From the IMG/VR virus record IMGVR_UViG_3300035698_010479, positions 1 through 64,000 of that record: a DNA stretch of 64,000 nt, one strand, 5' to 3'. The notes under the pieces are model-generated. The model had not been told where the DNA came from, ran no database searches, and was given only the letters and a program-made list of their open reading frames with translations. Positions 49,371-58,609 of the stretch are shown in pieces; position 1 is the stretch's first letter; every line of letters begins with the position of its first letter. Made by a program: the position numbers and the translations under genes.

Positions 49371-50014
49371 TGTTAGTAAAAACTTTTGTACATTTTGTAT
49401 GTTTGCTAGTTGTGATTAGTGTATTATCAATTGCAAAAGAAGTGCGGGCTATACCGATAGTAGAGACAGGGTCTCAGTGGGAATACACAATTCTAAATAA
49501 CGATTTGTGGCCTAACTGGTCATCCGTTAATTACAATTCTTTTGATTGGCAAGGTAATAGTCAGTGGTATACTGGTTCTGCTGCCTTCGGTAATGAATAT
49601 GCTGGCGGATTGGCCTTTAATACTTATTGGCAAGCGAACCAAGATATGGCTTTACAATATAATTTTAATGTAGACGGTATTATATCAGGGCCAATAACAT
49701 TGAACGTAGCTTCTGATAATGGGTTTCTTGTTTTCATCAACGGTACTCAGGTCGCTAAAGAAAATGCAGAAGGATACACCAAATATTGGGAATACACTTT
49801 GGACATATCCAGTTTTTCTGATGTATTTAGATCACAAGGAACCAATATTATACAGGTACTTGCTGAAGATCATGGTGTAGCTACGTTTTTCGATCTTCAA
49901 ATGAATGCTAATGTTTCTGCTGCACCAGTACCTGAACCAGCTACCTTTTTATTACTTGGAGCTGGTTTAGTTGGTCTGTCAACCATACGAAGAAAAAAGG
50001 TTAGTAAAACATAA
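49370..50014 (+). CDS. PEP-CTERM protein with beta-sandwich (PA14/galactose-binding-like) domain
   Basis: Signal peptide; W.TG.AAFG, SDNGFLVFING; C-terminal APVPEPATFLLLGAGLVGLSTIRRKK. Confidence 0.85.
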   Translation: MLVKTFVHFVCLLVVISVLSIAKEVRAIPIVETGSQWEYTILNNDLWPNWSSVNYNSFDWQGNSQWYTGSAAFGNEYAGGLAFNTYWQANQDMALQYNFNVDGIISGPITLNVASDNGFLVFINGTQVAKENAEGYTKYWEYTLDISSFSDVFRSQGTNIIQVLAEDHGVATFFDLQMNANVSAAPVPEPATFLLLGAGLVGLSTIRRKKVSKT

Positions 50015-50353
50015 AAGATAAAAAACTTGTTTATACTGAGTATGATGTAAATATCCTGGCAGAAGCGCTTAAAAATGCTTTTAGTGCTGTTGGGTGTGAC
50101 TTACGCTGTTTTGATTGGTTAAGTTATAGACCAGATGATTATATTAAACAAGTTAAAGTTTTGTTGTAAATATGTGAGATTGGCTAAAAATTATTTGTTG
50201 TGGTGCTTTTTGCTGTTGATTAATTAACTAACCTTAATAACTTACACCAAATGGGGGACATCATGTAAACTTTATATTGCATATTTTATTTAGATATATT
50301 ATAATTAGTTTATTAGAGAGATGTAGTAGAAAGATGTTGATTGTTTTAAAGTT

Positions 50354-50433
50354 TAGTACTATAAGTAGTGTATAAATAGAGTTACTTCAATTGGCGAAAA
50401 AACACTCTGTTTGCTAGTTCTCTTATAGTACTA
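50354..50433 (+). ncRNA. Y-RNA-like element A (short form)
   Basis: 12-bp outer stem; AGTGTA-TAAATAGAG-TTACTTC ... CTCTGTTT-GCTAGTTC shared with five other copies. Confidence 0.6.
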
Positions 50434-50442
50434 TTTTTATTA

Positions 50443-50767
50443 GGGAGTGTGGTGGAACGGTATACACATGGGAGAGCTAGTAGCTCAGTCCCCCTCAAGT
50501 AGAAATACATGAGTAAACTGTGGGTTAATTCGGGAGAGTCTAAGTCGAAAGATAAGGCAATCGCGAGCCAAGCTGGAAATACATTTTCAGAAGGTGTACA
50601 GACTACTGGAGAGCTTGAGTGCTCTTAATAACCAGCTAGAACGCCCACTACCATAGCAGGTAATGCTGATGGTAAAGAGATAGTCGGTGTCTTTTAGAAA
50701 TAAAAGAACAACATGCTTAAAATCCCCCGGCAGTAATGCCGTAAGAGTTCGAATCTCTTCATTCCCA
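50443..50767 (+). tRNA. tRNA-Leu(TAA), intron-containing (exons 50443-50473 and 50716-50767)
   Basis: GGGAGTG/CATTCCC; spliced anticodon arm TGGGA-CTTAAAA-TCCCC; long variable arm; AAGAG-TTCGAAT-CTCTT. Confidence 0.82.
50474..50715 (+). mobile_element. group I intron (242 nt, no ORF) in tRNA-Leu(TAA)
   Basis: P AATTCGGGAG, Q AATCGCGAGC, R GTACAGACTA, S AAGAGATAGTC, P3 GTGGG/CCCAC, terminal G. Confidence 0.85.
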
Positions 50768-51181
50768 AATTAAAATTTGTTTTTATTTTTACCTCTATAT
50801 GTTGAAGTTTGTGCGTGAAATAAAGAAATACGGAGCTACCCGTCCCGAAGCTACTTAGTAGCGACTATGAGATGTTATGCTCAACGGGTTTTATTATATT
50901 AAACTAGTATCTGAAAATAAATGAGAATAGGAGTTATCAGTCCCTATCAATATACTAGTAATGGTATAGAGATATTAACGTATCAACTGGTGCAGTTTCT
51001 AAATAATAAGGGGGTATGAGGTGGTGGAGAATACAGATGATATAGTTTACAAATTAACTAAACGTGCAGAAATTAGAAGACAGATACCTACACGTAAGAG
51101 TGTTATTGAAGGTAAGCCAGATCGTATTGCAGACCTATTAGAGGAAGCTGCTTTAGAGATTATAAATTTAAGAAAAAAGTT

Positions 51182-51254
51182 GCCGGTGTAGTTCAGTTGG
51201 AAGAGCGCCTCCCTTGTAAGGAGGATGTCACGGGTTCGATTCCTGTTACCGGCT
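51182..51254 (+). tRNA. tRNA-Thr(TGT)
   Basis: GCCGGTG/TACCGGC; CCTCC-CTTGTAA-GGAGG; ACGGG-TTCGATT-CCTGT. Confidence 0.9.
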
Positions 51255-51275
51255 CAAAATAAAAAGGTGAGAAGC

Positions 51276-51485
51276 ATGGGTGTTTTAAACTGTGATAGAA
51301 CTGGTTGCGAAAACATAATGTGTGATCGTTATTCAGATAAATACGGTTATATATGTTGGGAATGTTTTAATGAATTAGTAGCAAAGAAAATACCTGTAGG
51401 AGATTTTATGCATACTGTTAAGGAAGACTATGAAGATAGCCCATATACAGAAAAGTTTTATGACAAAATTTTTGAATTAAGATAG
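51276..51485 (+). CDS. small Cys-rich hypothetical protein
   Basis: MGVLNCDRTGCENIMCDRYS...YICWEC; start moved downstream of the tRNA. Confidence 0.6.
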   Translation: MGVLNCDRTGCENIMCDRYSDKYGYICWECFNELVAKKIPVGDFMHTVKEDYEDSPYTEKFYDKIFELR

Positions 51486-51493
51486 TAGTAATA

Positions 51494-51567
51494 CGGGGCG
51501 TAGCGCAGTTTGGTGGCGCGTCTGGTTTGGGGCCAGAAGGTCGAGTGTTCGAATCACTCCGTCCCGA
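51494..51567 (+). tRNA. tRNA-Pro(TGG)
   Basis: CGGGGCG/CGTCCCG; TCTGG-TTTGGGG-CCAGA; GAGTG-TTCGAAT-CACTC. Confidence 0.92.
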
Positions 51568-51593
51568 AATAGTATAATAAATAAGGTGTTTAC

Positions 51594-52106
51594 ATGTTGT
51601 TATCTAGGATATTACAACAAACTTTACGTAAGATGTTTATAGCTATTTGTACTTATACTATTAGCTTAGTATGTTTATTAGGTGCTTATTCTTCAATAGC
51701 TACATATAAAAAACTTGACTTTTATTATAGTACTGTATATAATGTATTACCAGTAATTATTATAAAAGATCCTAATTATGTACTTTCAAAAACAGACCAA
51801 TTACTAAACGCTGAAGCAAAGCAAATAGGTCCTATAATAATTATATATTCTCAATTCAAGGATGACCATTTAAAGTTAGTTATCCATGAAAAAGAACATG
51901 TTAAACAAGGTTACAGTAAATTATTTGTATGGCATGTATATAAGTACAACACTGATACAAAGTATAGATTGTTAGCTGAATACAGTGCTTATAGTGCGGA
52001 GAATGCCTTTAATTTAGCCACAATAGTAATCATGCTGCATGATTTTTATAAGCTAGAAATGTCAGAAAAACAAATAATTACTGAAATAAAAAGCACAGAA
52101 AGTTAA
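51594..52106 (+). CDS. membrane-anchored HExxH (zincin-like) protein
   Basis: N-terminal hydrophobic helix; HEKEHVKQ ... E..AY. Confidence 0.55.
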   Translation: MLLSRILQQTLRKMFIAICTYTISLVCLLGAYSSIATYKKLDFYYSTVYNVLPVIIIKDPNYVLSKTDQLLNAEAKQIGPIIIIYSQFKDDHLKLVIHEKEHVKQGYSKLFVWHVYKYNTDTKYRLLAEYSAYSAENAFNLATIVIMLHDFYKLEMSEKQIITEIKSTES

Positions 52107-52120
52107 CTTAGGGTGATTAT

Positions 52121-53038
52121 ATGCATAACAGTTTACTAAAGCAGTTTTATAGTGTGGGTTTACAGCTTAAATTGCTTAAAAATCCTATGGGTGGTCGTCG
52201 AGCAAATAGAGATATCTTTCAAATGGATATAAAAAGAAAGGTAACTGGTACAAGACGTCGTGAGTGGTTTGAGATGTACCTCGGTCATGAAACTAATTTT
52301 ATACAAGTACTTGACATAGATCCTAAATTAAATCAAATTCTTCTTCTTGTACGTGAGACTCCACGTGAGTTTGTTGTTGAAGAAAGAAAAGGTTGGACTA
52401 GAAGCAGAATTGATACTAGAAGATCTCAACTTCGAAAGGAAAGAACTCCTTTCAAAGAAACAGAAAAACATTTTATAATTACTAACAAGACACCGGGTGG
52501 TAATAGACACTTCCTTATGGGTGTTGATGAGAGACAGTTATTTGTAGCACAGCTTAAAAATGGTGTCATAAATATTAATGAAGCCAGAAAGCAGCTTGGT
52601 AATACCGTCATGTTTCATGAAGGAAAAAGAAGGATGACTCCCAGCAGACAAGGTGAGTGGTTCTTCGTAGAAGCTACAAAAAAGCAAGAAGCAGTTATCG
52701 ATCTATTGCTTGAAAAGAAACGTATATTTATACTTAATAAAGCAAACATAGGTAGATACGCAGGTAGACCAAGAGGTAATCCACATACTGCCGATGAACT
52801 ACTTATATTACCAGCTAATGAACGATTACAAGTTGAAGCCCAGTCTTCCAAGTGGGCGAAAGAAAATAAAGATTTGACTAAGGTACGGCCTATTTACCCA
52901 ATAAGGACTAAAGAGGTATTTGTTCGGGGGTGTGTGAGACACATTGACCATAAGACGGTTAAGTACACAAAGTGGCACCAAGTTATTCTCAACAATGAGG
53001 GAGCTACCGCTAGTGCTACACAAAGTTGGATCGATTAA
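52121..53038 (+). CDS. hypothetical protein (RQGEWFF / His-rich C-terminal motif)
   Basis: 305-aa ORF; RQGEWFFV, NPH, VRH.DH. Confidence 0.65.
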   Translation: MHNSLLKQFYSVGLQLKLLKNPMGGRRANRDIFQMDIKRKVTGTRRREWFEMYLGHETNFIQVLDIDPKLNQILLLVRETPREFVVEERKGWTRSRIDTRRSQLRKERTPFKETEKHFIITNKTPGGNRHFLMGVDERQLFVAQLKNGVININEARKQLGNTVMFHEGKRRMTPSRQGEWFFVEATKKQEAVIDLLLEKKRIFILNKANIGRYAGRPRGNPHTADELLILPANERLQVEAQSSKWAKENKDLTKVRPIYPIRTKEVFVRGCVRHIDHKTVKYTKWHQVILNNEGATASATQSWID

Positions 53039-53329
53039 TTTTTATTTACAGTAGCAGTTACTAATGTAGGCATACATAAGTAAATGAACAGTTGCGGGGT
53101 CCGTAAACTCCAACTATGTAGAAAGTCATTACCGGACAAATACTTAATACATACTGATTGGGACTACTGTAAATAAATTCTTATTTGAATATGTTTTAAG
53201 CAACGAGTAGACGAAAAACACACGTAGGGAAACTTTGATAGGTAATAAGAAAATGCCTCAATAAACATAAGAGGACTTTCGTTGTATCTAAAAAGAACAA
53301 CCATAGTTAATCTACGTCGAAAGTTGTAT

Positions 53330-53402
<73 letters not shown>

Positions 53403-53416
53403 AATAAAATATGTAC

Positions 53417-53546
53417 TGCTATTTAGTGTAACGGCAAGCACGCTAAAATCTCCTTATTAGATAGTTCCTCATCTCACGATGACGGTGTATAATATGGTTA
53501 CTTCTAATCATAATAGAGAAGACTGGTTCGACTCCAGAAATAGCGA
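53417..53546 (+). ncRNA. Y-RNA-like element B (tRNA-framed form)
   Basis: Acceptor TGCTATT/AATAGCG, D arm, T arm CTGG-TTCGACT-CCAG; insert CCTTATTA-GATAGTTCC...CGGTGTA-TAATATGG-TTACTTC. Confidence 0.7.
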
Positions 53547-53561
53547 CCGTAGTTAAGACTT

Positions 53562-53708
53562 TGATCTGTAGCTCAGTTGGTAGAGCAGCTGTTTAAAAAA
53601 GCCTGTTTTTGTTTATTCCTCCTTTCTCCTCCTTCGTTGTGGACGGTGTAAAAAACAGATACTTCAATATGGCATAGCGGGTCATGGGTTCGAGTCCCAT
53701 CGGATCAA
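53562..53708 (+). ncRNA. Y-RNA-like element C (tRNA-framed form)
   Basis: TGATCTG/CGGATCA, TAGCTCAGTTGGTAGAGC, ATGGG-TTCGAGT-CCCAT; insert CTGTTTTT-GTTTATTCC...CGGTGTA-AAAAACAG-ATACTTC. Confidence 0.72.
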
Positions 53709-54020
53709 TAATTGTGTTTAAGTATACCAAATATTAGGGTGCGGTTGGTTTCGAAAGCCAATGAATCTAATTGAGAGCGGCGGAAAATACAGCGAGATGA
53801 GTTCGTGGTATACTTTATTATTTTAAATTAAGGAATTTATATGAGATACGATGATGATTTAACTGTAAAAGCTGTAAAAGAGTGGGGCCTTAAACATTTT
53901 GATTGGCCTATTCAAGTATACGATTGTAACCAAAATTTCGTAGTTACAAGCCGTAAACATGTAGTAACTGTACGTAAAAATTGTGGTACAGTTGATGTAT
54001 GTGACAAGATAGAAACATAA

Positions 54021-54093
54021 TGCGGGTTAGAGAAACGGTCATCTCGCTAGGCTCATATCCTGGAAACAACCTGTTCAACTCAGGTACCCGCTA
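54021..54093 (+). tRNA. tRNA-Met(CAT), initiator-like
   Basis: 1:72 mismatch (T/T); CTAGG-CTCATAT-CCTGG; ACCTG-TTCAACT-CAGGT. Confidence 0.78.
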
Positions 54094-54101
54094 AAATAAA
54101 T

Positions 54102-54192
54102 TTAAAACTTGAATGGTGAATAGTATGGTTACTTCTATAGACTCTTAATCTAACCAAAAAAAACCTTACTAGCTAGTTCCTTCAGGTTTTAA
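54102..54192 (+). ncRNA. Y-RNA-like element D (short form)
   Basis: TTAAAACTTGAA/TTCAGGTTTTAA stem; TGGTGAA-TAGTATGG-TTACTTC ... CCTTACTA-GCTAGTTCC. Confidence 0.68.
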
Positions 54193-54222
54193 TACCTCTT
54201 TAATTAAAACACGTAGTATATC

Positions 54223-54290
54223 TAGGGTGGTGAATAGCACAGTTACTTCACTGTAAATGAAAAAACAACTGTACTAGTTTGTTCCCTCTA
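54223..54290 (+). ncRNA. Y-RNA-like element E (short form), just upstream of Ro60
   Basis: TGGTGAA-TAGCACAG-TTACTTC ... CTGTACTA-GTTTGTTCC. Confidence 0.68.
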
Positions 54291-54315
54291 ATTTTGTGTT
54301 AAAGGAGAAAACACA

Positions 54316-55761
54316 ATGTCAAAGTTAAATAGAACAGTTCCGCAAATTAAAACTTTTAATGGCGCAGTAGCAAAACACATTTCTCCAGAAGCAATGCTAA
54401 GACGTTCTATAATGTCTTGCTTGTTATGGGAAAAAGAATTTTATGAGAGTGGTTCAACTATCGCACAACGTATTGAAAATCTCGTACCTCAAGTAGACCC
54501 AATGGTTGTAGCCGACCTCGCTATACTTGCAAGAACAAGGATGAATCTCAGACATGTACCATTGTTGATCATTAATACAATGTTAAAATTCACTGAACAT
54601 AGAAAATATGTCAGAGAAGTTATTAATCATGTTGTTAATCGTCCTGATGAAATGGGTGAACTTCTAACAATGTATTTTGGTGGTGGTACAAAAAATAAAC
54701 CCCTTGCAAATGCATTGAAAAAAGGTCTTGCTGATGTATTCTGTAAATTTAACGAGTACCAGTTGGCCAAGTATAATCGCGATGCGGCTATAAAATTACG
54801 TGATGTTCTATTTCTTACTCACGCAAAACCTGTAGATAACCAACAAGCAGTTCTTTGGAAAAAGCTTATAGGTGGATTTTGTAAAAATTGTGGTCAAAGT
54901 CATTACAATAAAGATACTAAGTGTATCGACGATAATTCAACAACAACCGATTGTTCACAGTATGATGAATTGGTACTGGCTACACCTGACACATGGGAAG
55001 TAGCGTTAAGTTCTGGTGGTGATAAGACCGCTCATTGGACACGTCTTCTGTCTGAAGGAAAGTTGGGCGCTCTGGCACTACTACGTAACTTACGTAATAT
55101 GCAGACAGCTGGTATTGAAAAGGATAAAATCGCAGATGCTTTTCAAAAAACTGACTTGAGTAAAGTACTACCTTATAGATACATTGCTGCAGCTAGATAC
55201 GCACCAAGTCTTGAGGGTGTGCTTGAAGAAGGTATGTTTAGAAGTCTGAAGGGTTATCAAAAAATGGAAGGTCATACTGTGCTATTAATTGACGTTTCCG
55301 GTAGTATGGATTGGGCACTTTCGGATAAATCTGATTTACGTAGGATTGATGCTGCGTGTGGTCTTGCAATGTTACTTCGTGAGACATGTGAAAAAGTAGA
55401 TATTTTTACATTCAGCACAAAACTGGTAGAAGTAGCACCAAGAAGAGGTTTTGCTCTGCGTGATGCTATAGTTGGTAGTCAAAACCATAGCTCTACATAT
55501 CTTGGAAAAGCTATTAAAGCTTTATTTTCAAACGATAGAAGTGAAAGTGCTTTTAAAGGCCGTAATCTTTCACCAAATCGTCTTATTGTTATTTCAGATG
55601 AGCAATCAAATGACAAAGTACCTGACCCAAAATGTGTTAGCTATATGATAAATGTAGCTTCTGCTAAAAACGGTGTTGGTTACGGGGCGTGGAATCATGT
55701 AGATGGCTTTAGTGAAGCAGTTGTACAATGGATTCAAGAATTGGAAAATGATAAAAAATAA
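54316..55761 (+). CDS. rsr: Ro60/TROVE-domain RNA-binding protein with vWA domain
   Basis: LWEKEFYESG, AR..MNLRH.P, RPDE, YQLAKY, PDTWE..LS, ALLRNLRN, LPYRY, DVSGSM (MIDAS), ISDEQ, GFSE. Confidence 0.93.
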   Translation: MSKLNRTVPQIKTFNGAVAKHISPEAMLRRSIMSCLLWEKEFYESGSTIAQRIENLVPQVDPMVVADLAILARTRMNLRHVPLLIINTMLKFTEHRKYVREVINHVVNRPDEMGELLTMYFGGGTKNKPLANALKKGLADVFCKFNEYQLAKYNRDAAIKLRDVLFLTHAKPVDNQQAVLWKKLIGGFCKNCGQSHYNKDTKCIDDNSTTTDCSQYDELVLATPDTWEVALSSGGDKTAHWTRLLSEGKLGALALLRNLRNMQTAGIEKDKIADAFQKTDLSKVLPYRYIAAARYAPSLEGVLEEGMFRSLKGYQKMEGHTVLLIDVSGSMDWALSDKSDLRRIDAACGLAMLLRETCEKVDIFTFSTKLVEVAPRRGFALRDAIVGSQNHSSTYLGKAIKALFSNDRSESAFKGRNLSPNRLIVISDEQSNDKVPDPKCVSYMINVASAKNGVGYGAWNHVDGFSEAVVQWIQELENDKK

Positions 55762-56100
55762 GTTATTTTAAATATGTGATACAAGTAGCTAGAGCCTAAC
55801 AAACTCTGGCTACTAAAGTATGTTACTACCATGTCATAATAGAGATTGACAAATTGTGATTATATGAGTATTGTGTATTTATTATTTCAGTAAGACTACT
55901 GGCAATAGTATTACTGAGCTTTTTAAGACTAAACGACAAGATAACAAGATGGACTTTTACATAAGTCATGCACAATCATCGCGATTACGCTACGACAAAG
56001 TAAACTCCTAGTTTGAGTCAGACAGTTTAAGCAACTAGGTTGAATGGGATAGGGTGGGTAATTTTTTATCATTAAAGATTAATTTAATACTTGGAGTTAT

Positions 56101-56424
56101 ATGGAAAGAGACCTTTGTGATTTGATGGCTAATGGTGGTGATTACTTCAATGAAACTAGCTATAATACAGAAGATGAGTATAGTAACAACAGATCCTTTG
56201 ATAGTAGGGATCTTGGAACTGCTATGACTTTTGGCGATATGCTAGCAGAAGAACGGTCATTATCTGACTTATTAGATTTTTCGGATGACCCAGCTGAGCT
56301 ATTAGAAGCGATAGAAGCAGAACATAATCAAGATAAAATACAACGTATAAGTCTCAAAAGCAGGCAAGCAGATGTACCAGCATTTGAACAATACGTTTAT
56401 CAAAAATGTGGAATAACTAGATAA
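56101..56424 (+). CDS. acidic hypothetical protein
   Basis: GGAG RBS; 107 aa. Confidence 0.55.
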   Translation: MERDLCDLMANGGDYFNETSYNTEDEYSNNRSFDSRDLGTAMTFGDMLAEERSLSDLLDFSDDPAELLEAIEAEHNQDKIQRISLKSRQADVPAFEQYVYQKCGITR

Positions 56425-56606
56425 TGCCTATTTATAATTATGAATGTAAGTGTGGGAAACAGTACGAATCAATGCAACGAATGGATACTAAAACAATTAT
56501 CTGTACGTGCGGTGAACAAGCTAAAAAAGTACCATCCCTATCTAATTTTCATTTAAAAGGTGGAGGTTGGGCTAAGGAAGGTTATAGTAATGGCTCAAAA
56601 AAGTAG
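56424..56606 (+). CDS. FmdB-family zinc-ribbon protein
   Basis: MPIYNYECKCG...CTCG...S...F.LKGGGW. Confidence 0.8.
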   Translation: MPIYNYECKCGKQYESMQRMDTKTIICTCGEQAKKVPSLSNFHLKGGGWAKEGYSNGSKK

Positions 56607-56904
56607 TTGTAAGTACGAAAATAATATGTTAAACTTGACTATAGGTAAACGATATAAATTTACTATTTTTGCGCATAACACACCTATAGTTGGTACAATA
56701 ATAATAAAAAATGTACGTGATGCAACACATCATTCTTACTGGGTGTCGTGGTGGAGTGAGGAAAGAAAACAAAACATAGGACATTATATTTTTGATTGTG
56801 GTTACGCAAATATGCACAGAACTATTGTATATAATATGCATAGCATAAGAACTTGTATCGAAGTGTCTCCTAGTTCAGATGCTTCTAAATGTTGAGAGGA
56901 TAAA

Positions 56905-57435
56905 ATGGCACTAATTGAAGACGCCATATTGTTTGCAGAAGAAGCTCATAGAGGTATGAAAAGGAAATTTGACGGTACTGCCTATATAAGACATCCTTTA
57001 TCAGTGATGGGTATATTATCTGGTTACTATTCACAACCTGAAGTACTGGCTGCTGGTGTTATACATGATACAGTAGAAGACTGTGAAGATGTTACATTGG
57101 AAGTAATCCATGAACGCTTTGGTGAAATAGTAGCTGGTTATGTATTTTATGTATCTGAGAAGTCAAGAAAAGATGATGGTAACAGGAAAGTTAGAAAAGC
57201 TATAGACTTAATACACTATAGTAAGGGTGGTTCAGTATCACAAGATATAAAACTTGCAGACATGTTAGATAACATTCCTTCAATGGTATTATTTAATCCA
57301 GTTTTTTCAAAAGTATATTTGGATGAGAAAATGCAATTATTAGGAGTATTGACAAAAGGTAATGTGGAATTAAAAAGTTTAGCTTTAAAATTAGTTACAA
57401 ACATGTTCGTACTCATAAATGATATAAAAATATAG
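56905..57435 (+). CDS. stand-alone HD hydrolase, (p)ppGpp hydrolase (SAH/Mesh1)-like
   Basis: AEEAH.G..RK..G..YI.HP, IHDTVED, RFG..VA, IKLAD.LDN. Confidence 0.85.
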   Translation: MALIEDAILFAEEAHRGMKRKFDGTAYIRHPLSVMGILSGYYSQPEVLAAGVIHDTVEDCEDVTLEVIHERFGEIVAGYVFYVSEKSRKDDGNRKVRKAIDLIHYSKGGSVSQDIKLADMLDNIPSMVLFNPVFSKVYLDEKMQLLGVLTKGNVELKSLALKLVTNMFVLINDIKI

Positions 57436-57447
57436 TAATCTAAATAA

Positions 57448-57576
57448 GACCAGTTAGCTCAACGGTAGAGCATTAAGCCACCTTATTAGCTAGTTCCCTA
57501 TGTAAATAGCGGTGTATAGTATGGTTACTTCTCTTATGATAAAAGAAAGATAAAGGTTCGAATCCTTTGCTGGTCA
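57448..57576 (+). ncRNA. Y-RNA-like element F (tRNA-framed form)
   Basis: GACCAGT/GCTGGTC, TAGCTCAACGGTAGAGC, AAAGG-TTCGAAT-CCTTT; insert CCTTATTA-GCTAGTTCC...CGGTGTA-TAGTATGG-TTACTTC. Confidence 0.72.
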
Positions 57577-57740
57577 AATTAAAAACGTTGGGGTTGATGT
57601 GCTAGTCCTCCATGTAAGTTCCATGGTAAACTTACAATAGTACGAAAGTATAAAACTGCAACTCTTTTCAGTTATCAGACTAAACTGTTCGTATTAACTT
57701 AATTGAATAGTAATGTATAGGAGATATATAAAAGAAGAAA

Positions 57741-58460
57741 ATGAAAGAAGAAACTGTAATAGATATTCTAGATATGAATTACCCTTTGCTTGTTAATTTT
57801 AAAGCAGCAGCACAGGGTACCTTTGCCCACAGTAAAGTGCTTTCAGACATACTAGAAAAGATTGGCAACGCTTTAGGTCTTAATAGTCGTTTATTAAAAA
57901 CTATAGGGCTTTATCATGATATAGGAAAAAGTATTACACCAATGCTGTATTCAGAGAACCAACCTGCCGATTTTAACCCTCATGATAAGCTTGAAGCATG
58001 GATATCTTTTGCTCTAGTTGCTGGACATGTAGCACACTCAGTACAAATACTTCTGACTGATCCAAACGTGCCTAAAGAGGTAGTCACTATATGTTCTCAA
58101 CATCATGGAACTACCCTTGCCTTGTACTTCTTTAAAAAGAGTGGAAGTACTGATGAAAATGAATTCAGATATAAAACACAGAGACCACAATCATTTGAAG
58201 CTGCTTTGTTAATGATTTGCGATCATCTAGAAGCTCGTATTAGATCTGAAATTAATAGTGGTAGAATTACCAACCAGGAGGGTATAGAGAATCTCGTTGA
58301 ATTAGTTTTTAATCATTTGGTGGATGATAATCAATTTGATGATGTTGTGGTTCCTAGTTTTAAAACACTTCGTAAACTAAAAATAGTTTTAAAAGAAGAG
58401 TTTTCAGAGCTTTTTAAAGATCATAAACGTATTGATTATACACAAGACACTGAAAAGTAA
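57741..58460 (+). CDS. stand-alone HD phosphodiesterase resembling the PgpH (7TM-HD, c-di-AMP PDE) catalytic domain
   Basis: A.GTF.HS, YHDIGK, ENQ, NPHD, QHHGTT, YFF, FRY..RPQS.EAALLM.CD..EA. Confidence 0.8.
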   Translation: MKEETVIDILDMNYPLLVNFKAAAQGTFAHSKVLSDILEKIGNALGLNSRLLKTIGLYHDIGKSITPMLYSENQPADFNPHDKLEAWISFALVAGHVAHSVQILLTDPNVPKEVVTICSQHHGTTLALYFFKKSGSTDENEFRYKTQRPQSFEAALLMICDHLEARIRSEINSGRITNQEGIENLVELVFNHLVDDNQFDDVVVPSFKTLRKLKIVLKEEFSELFKDHKRIDYTQDTEK

Positions 58461-58609
58461 TTAAGTATCTTCAATATAGTAACAACTCGTTGCCGTTGTA
58501 GAAGAACTACACGAGGATTGTATTTAAACACAATTACGTGGTCAATAAGAGTGCAGCTAGATCTGCCCAAATCTTCTGACTTGTATTAACAGTAGTATAT
58601 TATAACTAA

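Noticed and set aside
50385-50400. Anticodon stem-loop in element A (TTC-AATTGGC-GAA)
   Set aside because: Only 3 bp and lacks the T at loop position 2 and AA at 6-7, so it was not counted in the decoy panel
53417-57576. Elements B, C and F as ordinary or intron-containing tRNAs
   Set aside because: Inserts are about 55-80 nt, lack group I/II cores and bulge-helix-bulge motifs, and share the motif of the non-tRNA elements beside Ro60
57636-57652. Sarcin-ricin loop mimic (TAGTACGAAAGTA)
   Set aside because: Lacks the GGA(C/A) 3' strand of the SRL; explained by a plain TAC-GAAA-GTA tetraloop
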